NCBI GenBank assembly: GCA_964490105.1
Contig: CAZAZU010000001.1
Span: forward strand, 22,706 to 86,705
DNA length: 64,000 nt
Direction: 5' to 3'
Source: an uncultured Gammaproteobacteria bacterium
GTDB lineage: Bacteria; Patescibacteriota; Microgenomatia; Levybacterales; UBA12049
The notes below the pieces were generated by a model, which had not been told where the DNA came from, made no database searches, and saw only the letters and a list, made by a program, of their open reading frames with translations. This document shows positions 36,080 through 45,623 of the stretch, one piece after another. The translations under genes were made by a program, and so were the position numbers. Position 1 is the stretch's first letter. The number at the start of each line of letters is the position of its first letter.

Positions 36080-37315
36080 CTACTCTGTATCTGGGATTTG
36101 GTAGCTTCTGGGGTCTGGTGTTTTTCTCTCAACAGTTATTTGTTCCGAAAGACTAATTCTTCGTGCAACTTCACGATTCGTAGAATCATCTTTAGAAACA
36201 ACAACTCTCACGTGTTCAGTAGATAAAGGTGGTTCGCTTGTTTTATCATAGCCTCCGCCAGAGGCTAATATTAGACCTAATTGACTTGTTATACCCGCTA
36301 ATCCAGCTTCTTTTCCTCTAACTACGAGCGTTGGTGTTCTGGGATCAGTTGGTAGAATATCAATTCCGTATCTATCGAGTTCTTGTGTTAAAATTCCTTT
36401 AGCATGAGCAATTTTTGGACGCACGTCTAAAAGATGCGGTAAGACAATTCCATTTTGCCATAGCGCATTTATTAGAAGTCCGCTTTGACCTCTAATGTAT
36501 CTGTCTCCCATAGCTCGTTCAAAATTCGGTCCTATGGAATTATGCATAATTGCTATTCCAAAACCCAACCCCGGAAGCCCCAGCGTCTTTGAGGCATCTC
36601 TATAAACCCTAAGTCTTCCGTTAGTCATAGTTTCTTTAGCTAAAGACTCTTCGTCATCTGCTACATCTAGTCCTACTTCATCAGCCTCAACGATAGTTCC
36701 TTTAGAAGTAAAATGGTTAACAAATTTTAATGAAGCATTTCGACTTGCTATATCGCCTTTAAAATCAGCGCGGGCAAAATAAATACTTGCAAGTTTTATA
36801 GGTCTTTTTTCATGTTGCTCAATTACATTTTCTAAAGCCTCATCTGCGGATAAATTAATGTTAGGGGAGTAAGGGAATGGTAACAAACCGCCAATTATTT
36901 GAAGTTGAGTCAGGTATCCAGGATAATGTGGTCCAACTTCAGCTGCTCTCGGTGGATTTTTAGGGTTTTTCGGAATTAGGATTAGTGAAGTTCTGAGGAG
37001 TCCGTCAACTCCTGTGCCAGAATTAAAAACCACATGTGATCTTTCATCTAATCCAAATCTTTCTCCTACCGCATCTCGCGCAGGGGCAAGATCTGGAGAC
37101 CAATACGTTTCCCGTGCTCTTCTTCCCTCGTCGCTTGAGAGTATTCCTATTTCTCGTTCTTCCCATCCTCTCGGAGAGCCAAACGGAGAGATGCCATCAA
37201 CTAGCTCAATTTTCGGTAAATTACCAGAAATAATTTCTCTTTCTCCATAAGAGCGAGCGACCTTTATAGTTCTGTTTCCTCGGGGTATTCCCCGTAAATC
37301 TTCTTGGTTTGCCAT
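36080..37315 (-). CDS. class I/II aminotransferase-fold protein (HisC/CobD-like), divergent; possibly non-catalytic
   Basis: RDASKTLGLPGLGFGIAIM aligns to the RTLSKAFALAGLRCGF PLP-lysine segment; VEADEVGLD ~ VVADEAY; FNSGTGVDGLL ~ SRGADEGIELL; but NPTG, Tyr and Arg positions appear substituted. Confidence 0.5.
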   Translation of the reverse strand: MANQEDLRGIPRGNRTIKVARSYGEREIISGNLPKIELVDGISPFGSPRGWEEREIGILSSDEGRRARETYWSPDLAPARDAVGERFGLDERSHVVFNSGTGVDGLLRTSLILIPKNPKNPPRAAEVGPHYPGYLTQLQIIGGLLPFPYSPNINLSADEALENVIEQHEKRPIKLASIYFARADFKGDIASRNASLKFVNHFTSKGTIVEADEVGLDVADDEESLAKETMTNGRLRVYRDASKTLGLPGLGFGIAIMHNSIGPNFERAMGDRYIRGQSGLLINALWQNGIVLPHLLDVRPKIAHAKGILTQELDRYGIDILPTDPRTPTLVVRGKEAGLAGITSQLGLILASGGGYDKTSEPPLSTEHVRVVVSKDDSTNREVARRISLSEQITVERKTPDPRSYQIPDTE

Positions 37316-37391
37316 AACAGGTGATTATTTTAGTTATGTAAGAACTTTATTACAAGTAATAAAACAAATATTTGATAGAATACGCATGTAA

Positions 37392-38639
37392 ATGCCATAT
37401 ATTGTAAGGGACAAAATATTATTTCTTTCTTCTGCCAGTAAGATTCTCTCATCTAGTCTTGATTACCATATGACCTTAACAAGCATAGGTGAGCTTATCG
37501 TGGAGTCGGTTGCGGATTTCTGTACAATAGATATTTTGGAAAACGGAAAACTTGAACGTGTGGTGGTTAGAATGTCAGATGAAAAGAAAGACAGCGAAGC
37601 TCAAAAATTTCATGATTTTCCGTCCGACCCAAAAAATAAAAACGCTACTTATGACGCTATCCGGCTTGGCAAACCCATAATAATTAATAAAGTTAATAAT
37701 AAATGGATTAATTCAGTTTCTAAAATTAAAGAAGAAAGAGAGCTTATGAAAAAATTTAATTTTTCCTCATTTATGTTTATTCCGCTTCAAAGCAGGGGAC
37801 AAGTTATTGGAGTTATGACGATTGGTTCCATCCAAAAAGACTTTACGTATTCGGAAGCGGATTCAATATTCATTAAGGAACTTGCAGACAGAGCAGGGAT
37901 AACTATAGATAAAGCCAAGCTTTATACAGAAGCGCAGGAGGCAATTAGAATTAGAGACGAATTTTTGTCTATCGCATCACATGAATTGAAAACTCCTTTA
38001 ACTTCGATATTGCTAAGTTTACAGTTAATCTTAAGAAGACTTGAAAAAAGTACTCATAAGACAGTTGAATCTGAGGAAATTTTTAAAGCGATTGAGATAA
38101 GCATAACGCAAAGCAAACGCATGTCCAGGCTTATTAATGATCTGTTAGACGTTTCCTTGATTACTTCGAATTATTTTCAGATTGATCCGGAGGAAGTTAA
38201 TCTTACTGGACTCTTAAAAGATGTAGAAATGAAGTTCGAAGTAATTCTAAAACACAAAAACATTAATTTAGTAATTAAAGAAAAAGAAGAAAACATTATA
38301 GGTAATTGGGATAGGGTTAGAATCGAGCAGGTAGTTTCTAATCTTATTTCAAATGCTATTAAATATGGAAATGGGAAACCCATATTATTAAAAACAGAAG
38401 TCCAAGGAGACTATGTGTTAATAAAAGTTAAAGATAAGGGAATAGGGATAAGAGATGAAGATAAAGAAAGAATTTTTAAAGTTTTTAACAGAGGGTTGGA
38501 TGCAAAAAATTATAAAGGAATTGGAGTTGGACTTTTTATTTCAAAAAAAATAACAGATGCACACAAGGGAGAATTAGGAGTCGCAAGTAAATTAGGTAAT
38601 GGATCTACTTTTACTGTTAAACTTCCTGTAAAAAAATAA
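37392..38639 (+). CDS. cytoplasmic sensor histidine kinase with N-terminal GAF domain
   Basis: H-box SHELKTPLTS; HATPase N/G boxes (NAIKYG, GIGIRDEDKERIF, GIGVGLFISKKI); no TM helices. Confidence 0.88.
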   Translation: MPYIVRDKILFLSSASKILSSSLDYHMTLTSIGELIVESVADFCTIDILENGKLERVVVRMSDEKKDSEAQKFHDFPSDPKNKNATYDAIRLGKPIIINKVNNKWINSVSKIKEERELMKKFNFSSFMFIPLQSRGQVIGVMTIGSIQKDFTYSEADSIFIKELADRAGITIDKAKLYTEAQEAIRIRDEFLSIASHELKTPLTSILLSLQLILRRLEKSTHKTVESEEIFKAIEISITQSKRMSRLINDLLDVSLITSNYFQIDPEEVNLTGLLKDVEMKFEVILKHKNINLVIKEKEENIIGNWDRVRIEQVVSNLISNAIKYGNGKPILLKTEVQGDYVLIKVKDKGIGIRDEDKERIFKVFNRGLDAKNYKGIGVGLFISKKITDAHKGELGVASKLGNGSTFTVKLPVKK

Positions 38640-38722
38640 TTTCTTTCACTCCTATTACTTTTTCTTAGCAAAATTCACACCGCTAAGCATTAAAGTTAAT
38701 GTTTAGAGAGGGGGTGAGATAA

Positions 38723-38893
38723 ATGAACGATCCAAAAACAAATCAGAACTCAGGACAGAATCAATCAGATCTAAATCAAAACGATTCTGAGCAGGTTGAT
38801 CAAGGGATAGCCGGAGGAATTGCCACAACTGAAGATACTCAGGTTGATACTAATATCAATCAGTCAGAAGATGACATGAGTAGGGAAGAGTAA
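38723..38893 (+). CDS. small acidic Asn/Gln/Asp-rich hypothetical protein (56 aa; not in ORF track)
   Basis: Strong SD AGAGGGGGTGAG 4 nt upstream; followed by terminator hairpin. Confidence 0.45.
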   Translation: MNDPKTNQNSGQNQSDLNQNDSEQVDQGIAGGIATTEDTQVDTNINQSEDDMSREE

Positions 38894-38914
38894 GTGGTAA
38901 CCTTCAAGGCTTAT

Positions 38915-38944
38915 AAACAAACCGCACGCTTATGCGGTTTGTTT
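38915..38944 (+). terminator. terminator hairpin AAACAAACCGCA-cgctta-TGCGGTTTGTTT, probably bidirectional
   Basis: 12-bp perfect stem, T-rich 3' side; lies between convergent genes. Confidence 0.65.
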
Positions 38945-38945
38945 A

Positions 38946-39437
38946 TTAATTAACTGAGCTTGAAGCGGAATTTTTCCCAATCAGTATTTTATTTAGCAAA
39001 TTAACGCTTTCATTTAGTGCGGATTTAAAAAACATTTTATCTTTTTTATCTATTTTTATTTTTATGTGATAGGTTCCTTTAGTATCCCTCTTCCAATCCC
39101 ATTCAGTGACACCGGTAAATGAAGCTTTACGATATCCGTTTTTTACTTTTATCTGACATAAGTATTCAAGAATTATGTGTTCAAATAAATGTCCAATTTC
39201 TGTATTTCTGACTTCTTCTCTGAATGGAAGATTTGAATCATTAAAGCATTCATTGTGTAGGACCTGAGGCAACGTCCTTTCTAAGATTGAATGTGTTAGC
39301 GGAAGATGTTTGGTATGAAAATGAGGAGTATCTAAGAGCATGGTAATGCTCGTTTCCTGGGAAGAAAAATTATTTACTGCCAATTTATACTGACCGTAAT
39401 TAGTAAATGTCTGGTTAATATCTTGGATAATGCTCAT
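38946..39437 (-). CDS. hypothetical protein (163 aa)
   Basis: ORF with native composition; no motif recognised. Confidence 0.5.
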   Translation of the reverse strand: MSIIQDINQTFTNYGQYKLAVNNFSSQETSITMLLDTPHFHTKHLPLTHSILERTLPQVLHNECFNDSNLPFREEVRNTEIGHLFEHIILEYLCQIKVKNGYRKASFTGVTEWDWKRDTKGTYHIKIKIDKKDKMFFKSALNESVNLLNKILIGKNSASSSVN

Positions 39438-39528
39438 ATTCTTTACAGAGTTCTTACCTAACTATGATAAATATAAATGTCGAATTGCTTTTATGTCAAG
39501 CATAAGAGCCCTGGGGAGTTTTGAAGCA

Positions 39529-40659
39529 CTAGAGCTGCTTAGGGTCTATCTTTAATATTCTGTCATCTCCTGTGCTTGGGGTACCCCGGCCGTCCCTATT
39601 ACTAGTTGTTATATATAAAAGGTTATCAGGTCCCAAGATGACGTCTCTAATTCTTCCGAATTCATCAAGAAAGTGCTTAGTAATCAGTGCGTTTCCGTTT
39701 TCAATCCTTAGTTCAAATAGTGCTTTCCCTCTGAGTCCAGTGTAAAAAAGCGAATCTCCTAAAAATACTGCTCCACCTGGTGCCCATGTTTCATCTCCAC
39801 TCTGAGCAAGAGGAGATTCCATCCCTGGTCTTGTTTCAGGACCTTGTATTTGGGGCCATCCGTAATTTCTTCCAGCTAGAATAACATTTATTTCATCATA
39901 TCCTGAGGGACTTGATCGTCCGTGTTCTGTTTCCCAAAGTCGTTCTGATGAATCCCATGTAATTCCCTGAGGGTTTCTGTGACCATAAGAATAAATGAGA
40001 TTATTAAATGGATTTCCGGGTGCAGATCTTCCGTCGTCAGTTACTCTTAAAATTTTTCCAGCTAAAGAGTTTGTGTTTTGCGCGAGAGACGGTTCCAGAG
40101 AATCACCGGTTGTCACATATAAATATCCGTCAGGTCCAAACTTTATTCTTCCTCCGTTGTGATAAATCGCTCCAGGAATATTATCTATGATAATGGTTCT
40201 TTCAATGAGGGAATTATTGTTAAATTTATATCTGATAACTCTATTTTTAGTATTATTTCCCTCACCTTGATATGTGTACATAACGTAAAGATATTTATTT
40301 TGAGAAAAATTTGGATGAATAGCTAAGCCCATTAATCCGCCCTCACCATATTCCAAGACGTCAGAAATTTTCTCAATGGTCGTAATGTTACTGCCTGAAA
40401 TCAGTTTTAAAGATCCATTTCTCTCAGTAAAAACAATGTCGTTATTTGGAAGAAATGCGAGTGACCATGGGGTTTCTAGATTTTCAGCAACCGTAGCTAC
40501 TTTTTCCGGCGTTCCGTTCATTTCATTCACATCAACAGTTGAGTTAACTACCGAAGGGTTTTTTTGAATAAATACGGAAACATTTTTATATTGGTTAATA
40601 AATACTAATGCTATTATAATTACAGCCACAAATAGAATTATCTTTCTCATCAAACTCAT
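39529..40659 (-). CDS. PQQ-dependent soluble sugar (glucose/sorbosone) dehydrogenase, YliI/GSDH family, N-terminal membrane anchor
   Basis: PWSLAFLPNNDIVFTERNG, GLMGLAIHP, HNGGRIKFGPDGYLY, six-bladed propeller pattern. Confidence 0.8.
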   Translation of the reverse strand: MSLMRKIILFVAVIIIALVFINQYKNVSVFIQKNPSVVNSTVDVNEMNGTPEKVATVAENLETPWSLAFLPNNDIVFTERNGSLKLISGSNITTIEKISDVLEYGEGGLMGLAIHPNFSQNKYLYVMYTYQGEGNNTKNRVIRYKFNNNSLIERTIIIDNIPGAIYHNGGRIKFGPDGYLYVTTGDSLEPSLAQNTNSLAGKILRVTDDGRSAPGNPFNNLIYSYGHRNPQGITWDSSERLWETEHGRSSPSGYDEINVILAGRNYGWPQIQGPETRPGMESPLAQSGDETWAPGGAVFLGDSLFYTGLRGKALFELRIENGNALITKHFLDEFGRIRDVILGPDNLLYITTSNRDGRGTPSTGDDRILKIDPKQL

Positions 40660-40749
40660 CTTATACCTTTTTAAATATTTTTTGAAGATTCAATTAGGCG
40701 CTTATCACGTGATTAAAATGATTGACTTTAGCCTCAAAAATCTATATAA

Positions 40750-41469
40750 TTGAGGCCACACAAAATGTTATTAAATCTTCAGAAAGACGTTAAGAAACTG
40801 GAAAATAAAAAAAAGGCTAAAGTTCTAGCCGGTTTTTTTAAGACTGGAGAAGGCGAGTACGGATATGGCGATGTTTTCTTGGGAATTCCAGTCCCCGAAA
40901 GCAGAAAAATAGCATTAAAATATCGCGATTTAGGCTTCGAAGATATACTCCAGCTTTTAAGAAGCGAAATTCATGAAGAAAGACTTATAGCTCTTCTTAT
41001 TTTGGTTCATCAATTTCAGCACGATGAAATGCTTCAGAGAAGAATCTATGAATTTTATCTAAAAAATATAAAATTTGTAAACAATTGGGATTTAGTTGAT
41101 ATGTCGGCAGATAAAATAGTTGGTGCATATTTATCAGACAAGCCAAAAACTGTGATTTATAAATTAGCAAAATCAACAAATCTTTGGGAAAGAAGAATTG
41201 CGATGATTTCTACATATTACTTTATTAAAAATAATGATTATGATGATGCAATTAATATCGCTGAAGCTTTAATAACTGATGAAAATGATTTAATTCAAAA
41301 AGCGGTGGGATGGATGCTTAGGGAAGTGGGGAATAGGGATAAAAAGACCGAAGAGCAATTTTTGAAAAAATACCATAAGGTAATGGGTAGAACAGCGCTT
41401 AGATACGCTGTAGAAAAATTCCCCGAAAACGAACGGACAAAATATCTCGACGGAAAAATTTATGCTTGA
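40750..41469 (+). CDS. DNA alkylation repair enzyme (AlkD/AlkC HEAT-repeat glycosylase family)
   Basis: KAKVLAGFFKTGEGEYGYGDVFLGIPVPESRKIA; TTGACT-17-TATAAT promoter upstream; likely start at M6 (40765). Confidence 0.75.
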   Translation: MRPHKMLLNLQKDVKKLENKKKAKVLAGFFKTGEGEYGYGDVFLGIPVPESRKIALKYRDLGFEDILQLLRSEIHEERLIALLILVHQFQHDEMLQRRIYEFYLKNIKFVNNWDLVDMSADKIVGAYLSDKPKTVIYKLAKSTNLWERRIAMISTYYFIKNNDYDDAINIAEALITDENDLIQKAVGWMLREVGNRDKKTEEQFLKKYHKVMGRTALRYAVEKFPENERTKYLDGKIYA

Positions 41470-42251
41470 AATTCAAGCTTAAGGGGGAGATGATCCGAAA
41501 TTTCTTCAGTCATCACTTCAAAATTTTTCAGAGTAACACCTTTTGTAAATATATAATCAGCAAATTTATCATTAGCGCGCCATTTAATGTCATAAAGAGA
41601 ACTTCTAGTAGTTAGTGATTTCGATTTTTTAATTAAGTTTAAATATTCAGCATCTTCAAGCATGAGGATGGATCTGGTATTTATGCCTAGATTAAAATCA
41701 CCAACGAGGATGACGGGCTTCTTATATTTATTTAGCGTGCTTAGGATAAGTTCTGATTGCCTAATTCTTTGGGGTGTATCATATTTGGGAAGCGGAGCCC
41801 AATACCCGTGGAGATTCGCTACTACAAATTTTTCAAATTCCACATATTGCATATTTCGGGGAGGAATAATTTGATTTTTTCCTGGGATTTTTTTATATAT
41901 GTTTTCCTCCCCATATATAAAAACTTCACCTTTATCTATTTGTTCTAAGGATTTTTTCCAAAAAATAGCTATTCCTTGGGAGATTGGATAGTCAAGCTCA
42001 AAATGAAAATCACTTCCATGGAATTGAGGAGAGAAATGGTAATTAAAATCAGGTAAAATGTCTGCAATTTTTTCAAGAATATTTGATTGATAATTGCTTG
42101 GTGTTTTTGCTTCTTTTGGAGATGAATAGGTTTCCTGAAAGCAAAAAATATCAGTCCCCGCACTATTTGTTTTGATAAAGTCCAAAACTTTATCTAGTAG
42201 TGTGCCGCCCCAAAGGTTTAAGCAAATTAATTTCATCCTTAGATTATACAT
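41460..42251 (-). CDS. endonuclease/exonuclease/phosphatase (EEP) family protein
   Basis: LNLWGG, VGDFN, SDHLPL motifs. Confidence 0.75.
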   Translation of the reverse strand: MYNLRMKLICLNLWGGTLLDKVLDFIKTNSAGTDIFCFQETYSSPKEAKTPSNYQSNILEKIADILPDFNYHFSPQFHGSDFHFELDYPISQGIAIFWKKSLEQIDKGEVFIYGEENIYKKIPGKNQIIPPRNMQYVEFEKFVVANLHGYWAPLPKYDTPQRIRQSELILSTLNKYKKPVILVGDFNLGINTRSILMLEDAEYLNLIKKSKSLTTRSSLYDIKWRANDKFADYIFTKGVTLKNFEVMTEEISDHLPLKLEFQA

Positions 42252-42269
42252 AAAAACTCATGTATAATT

Positions 42270-43943
42270 TTGGTAATGAAGAGAAAATATTTTTTGTTGC
42301 TTTTTGTATTATTTATTTTTCTGGTTTCTAAATCACAAGCTCATGCTGAAAAAATTGACTCTTTCGATGTAAATATTGTCGCCCACGAAGATGGGAAAAT
42401 GAGCATTACTGAAACTATAAATTATGACTTTGAATATAACCAGCGTCATGGAATTTTTAGATATATTCCACTCTACTCAAAAGTTGGAGAATTATATAGA
42501 GTAATTAAGGTTGGAAATATTGAGGTGGAAAGAAATGGGGAAGAGGAAAATTTCGAAACAACGAGGTCAAAAGAACAGGTATATTTTAAAATTGGAAATG
42601 CCAATAGGGAAATTACAGGGAAACACACTTACAAGATTTCATATATCGTTGAAAACGGAATAGGCAGTAATTACGAAACCCACGATGAGATTTATTGGAA
42701 AGTGACAGGAAATGACTGGCAAATTCCTATAGAAAAAGCCTCTGTAAATCTAACGACAGATTTTGGGGTAAATTCAAATAGGGTTGCATGCTTCACGAGA
42801 GATTCTACTTTTAATGCACAATTTTGTACTTTTCCAAAAGATATTTTTAATCCAGTAACAACGACTAGCGCTCTAAATCCCGGAGAAGGGTTAACGGTTG
42901 TTTATGGTTTCCCCGTCAACACGTTTCCTAAAAGCACATTATTAAAGGAGCTTCCAAAAAATACTTCTGAAAAAATTGCTGGATTTATTTTTAAAAATTT
43001 AGGAATTATTTATTTAATTATTAATTTTTTAATTCCATCTATGATTTTCTTTTGGTATAAAAAATATAAAAATAAAAAAAGATTTGGAAAACCATCTGTA
43101 AATTTTGAGATTCCTAAAAATGAAAAAGGAGAAAGGCTTGCTCCAGCTATAGCAGGAACCATTGATACTGCGAGGCTTGAAAGAGATGATGTTGTGGCAA
43201 CGCTTTTTGATTTAGCAATTAGAAAATATATAAAACTCGAGGAAACAAAAAATAAAAAAACGCTTGCTCCCGATAAAATTACTCAGAAAATTATTAAGCT
43301 GAAAGAAAAAGATAATAAACTCTCTAAATTTGAAGAAGAACTATATGATCGTTTGTTCGAGAATGGGAATGAAGTGGATGTAGAGGATTTAAAGAAGGAT
43401 TTCTATAAAACGTATTCTAGTATGGAAGAAAGTGTTTTTAAATCTCTGGTCGAAAAAAAATATTACGTAAAAAATCCAAAAGTACAAAGAGGATTTTTAT
43501 TGGTTTTTGGATTTTTTGCAATTTTTACAGGCAATTTAATTTTAGGAGGAACTTTAATTTATCTTTCAAGAAAGCTTATCGGAAGAACTGCTTTGGGAGA
43601 TGAAATAGATTTTAAAATAGACGGACTTAAATTATTTTTGAAATCTATGGATAGGAATTATAAATGGCAAGCAGAAAAATTTTATACAGTAGAAGCAATG
43701 ATTCCTTATGCGATGAGCCTTGGTTACATAGACAAATTTATGGAACAATTAAAAATAATAAAACCGGACTATAATCCAACTTGGTACCATGGATATGGAG
43801 GAGGTTTTTACGCTTCTTATGGATCGTTTTCCTCTGGAGTTAGTTCAAATATAACCACTTCAGCTCCTAGTTCTTCGTCAGGTTTTTCGGGCGGCTCTTC
43901 TGGCGGTGGAGGAGGAGGCGGAGGGGGCGGGGGAAGCTGGTAA
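42270..43943 (+). CDS. DUF2207-family membrane protein with Gly/Ser-rich C-terminal tail
   Basis: Signal peptide, IYWKVTGNDW, TM cluster, terminal SSSGFSGGSSGGGGGGGGGGG. Confidence 0.75.
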   Translation: MVMKRKYFLLLFVLFIFLVSKSQAHAEKIDSFDVNIVAHEDGKMSITETINYDFEYNQRHGIFRYIPLYSKVGELYRVIKVGNIEVERNGEEENFETTRSKEQVYFKIGNANREITGKHTYKISYIVENGIGSNYETHDEIYWKVTGNDWQIPIEKASVNLTTDFGVNSNRVACFTRDSTFNAQFCTFPKDIFNPVTTTSALNPGEGLTVVYGFPVNTFPKSTLLKELPKNTSEKIAGFIFKNLGIIYLIINFLIPSMIFFWYKKYKNKKRFGKPSVNFEIPKNEKGERLAPAIAGTIDTARLERDDVVATLFDLAIRKYIKLEETKNKKTLAPDKITQKIIKLKEKDNKLSKFEEELYDRLFENGNEVDVEDLKKDFYKTYSSMEESVFKSLVEKKYYVKNPKVQRGFLLVFGFFAIFTGNLILGGTLIYLSRKLIGRTALGDEIDFKIDGLKLFLKSMDRNYKWQAEKFYTVEAMIPYAMSLGYIDKFMEQLKIIKPDYNPTWYHGYGGGFYASYGSFSSGVSSNITTSAPSSSSGFSGGSSGGGGGGGGGGGSW

Positions 43944-44006
43944 GGTTTGCTTATTGCATGGAAATCTAATAATTGATTGAATCAAACTAGAGAGGAGGTG
44001 AATCTA

Positions 44007-44432
44007 ATGAATATAGAAGTAAATTATTTAGCACTAATTTTAGCAGTGGTTGTTTCCATGGTAATCGGTTTTGCTTATTACATGAATCCAATTATTGCAA
44101 AACCATGGATGAAATTAATGGGCTATTCTAAAGACGACGTGAAGCCTACTGGAAATGAGATGGCAAAAATGTATGGAACAAGCGCAGTGCTTGCTCTAAT
44201 AACAGCTTTTGTTTTATCCCACGTAATGACTATGTCAATTTCGTATTTTAATTATTCTCCAGTTATGACTGGGGTGATTAGTGCATTTTGGATGTGGTTA
44301 GGTTTTATAATGCCAGTACAAGCAACAGATGTTTTATTTAGTAAAAAACCCATGAAGCTTTTTGCGATTAATACTTTTCATCAATTGCTTTCGTTACTAG
44401 GAATGGGAATTGTGATTGGATTGGTTAGATAG
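44007..44432 (+). CDS. DUF1761-family membrane protein
   Basis: MNIEVNYLALILAVVVSMVIGFAYY...KPW; SD AGAGGAGGTG upstream of the ATG at 44007 (ORF-track start 43977 is less likely). Confidence 0.65.
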   Translation: MNIEVNYLALILAVVVSMVIGFAYYMNPIIAKPWMKLMGYSKDDVKPTGNEMAKMYGTSAVLALITAFVLSHVMTMSISYFNYSPVMTGVISAFWMWLGFIMPVQATDVLFSKKPMKLFAINTFHQLLSLLGMGIVIGLVR

Positions 44433-44438
44433 TGTCGT

Positions 44439-44483
44439 CCCCGATTTAATCGGGGTTGACAAAAGCTATAAAAACAATAAAAT
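44439..44483 (+). promoter_or_regulatory. 17-bp palindrome CCCCGATTTAATCGGGG fused to TTGACA -35, 16-nt spacer, TAAAAT, 6 nt to purK ATG (copy 2; plus orientation)
   Basis: 26-nt exact identity with copy 1; same spacing and leaderless geometry. Confidence 0.6.
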
Positions 44484-44489
44484 CAAAAC

Positions 44490-45623
44490 ATGATTTACCC
44501 CGCAACGATTGGCATAGTAGGCGGTGGACAGCTCGCTAAAATGCTCACAATTGCTGCAAAGAAAATGGGGTTTAGTGTTATTGTTACAGATCCGACTCCC
44601 GGAAGTCCTGCTGGTCAAGTTGCTGATCGCGAGTTAGTCGGTGGTTATAAAGACGAAAAAGTAACCCGTGAATTAGCTAAGCTTTCTGACATAATTACTG
44701 TTGATGCAGAATTTGTTAATGATAAAGTTTTATCAGAAATTGAAAAATCAGGAAAGCCTGTTCATCCATCTCCCAAGACAATCTCGATTATTAAAGATAA
44801 ACTTCGGCAAAAAGAATTTCTAAGAAAAAATAGTATTGCTACAGCAGAATTTGTTCCTGTTAAAAATACAAACGACATAAAAAAAGCCATTAAGAAGTTT
44901 GGGTTACCAATTTTATTAAAAGCTCGGGAAGATGCTTACGACGGAAAGGGCAACTTCGTTATAAAAAAGGAATCAGATGTTGAAGAGGGTTTAAAGAAGC
45001 TTGAAGGTAGATCTCTTTATGTTGAGAAATTTGTGCCATTTGTTAAAGAGCTTGCAATAATGGTCGCAAGAACACCAGGTGGGGAGATCGCCGCATATCC
45101 GGTGGTTGAGACAATTCATGTAAATAATGTATGTGATACTGTAATTGCGCCGGCAAAAGTTTCGAAGAAAGCTGTAAAAAATGCCACAAATTTAGCAAAA
45201 AAAACTATGAAGCAGCTTAAGGGGGCTGGAGTTTTTGGAATTGAAATGTTTTTAATTAAAGGGGATAAGGTTCTCATTAACGAAATAGCTCCACGTGTTC
45301 ATAACTCAGGTCATTACACAATTGAGGCGAGTATTACATCTCAATTTGAACAGCATATACGGGCAATTACAGGATTGCCGCTTGGTTCAACTGATTTAAT
45401 GGTAAAATCTGCAGTAATGAAAAATATTTTGGGAGAGAGAGAAGGATCAGGGTATCCTATGGGAGTTGAAAAAGCATTGAAGATTTCTGGAGTTTCATAT
45501 CATTTATATAATAAAAAAGATTCGAGGGTTGGAAGAAAAATGGGACATATTACAGTATTTGGAGATAGTGAGAAGATTAATTTGCAAAAAGCGAATAAAG
45601 CAAGAAAAGCATTAATAATATGA
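44490..45623 (+). CDS. purK: N5-carboxyaminoimidazole ribonucleotide synthase
   Basis: ATP-grasp; TIGIVGGGQLAKML; purE follows. Confidence 0.88.
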   Translation: MIYPATIGIVGGGQLAKMLTIAAKKMGFSVIVTDPTPGSPAGQVADRELVGGYKDEKVTRELAKLSDIITVDAEFVNDKVLSEIEKSGKPVHPSPKTISIIKDKLRQKEFLRKNSIATAEFVPVKNTNDIKKAIKKFGLPILLKAREDAYDGKGNFVIKKESDVEEGLKKLEGRSLYVEKFVPFVKELAIMVARTPGGEIAAYPVVETIHVNNVCDTVIAPAKVSKKAVKNATNLAKKTMKQLKGAGVFGIEMFLIKGDKVLINEIAPRVHNSGHYTIEASITSQFEQHIRAITGLPLGSTDLMVKSAVMKNILGEREGSGYPMGVEKALKISGVSYHLYNKKDSRVGRKMGHITVFGDSEKINLQKANKARKALII

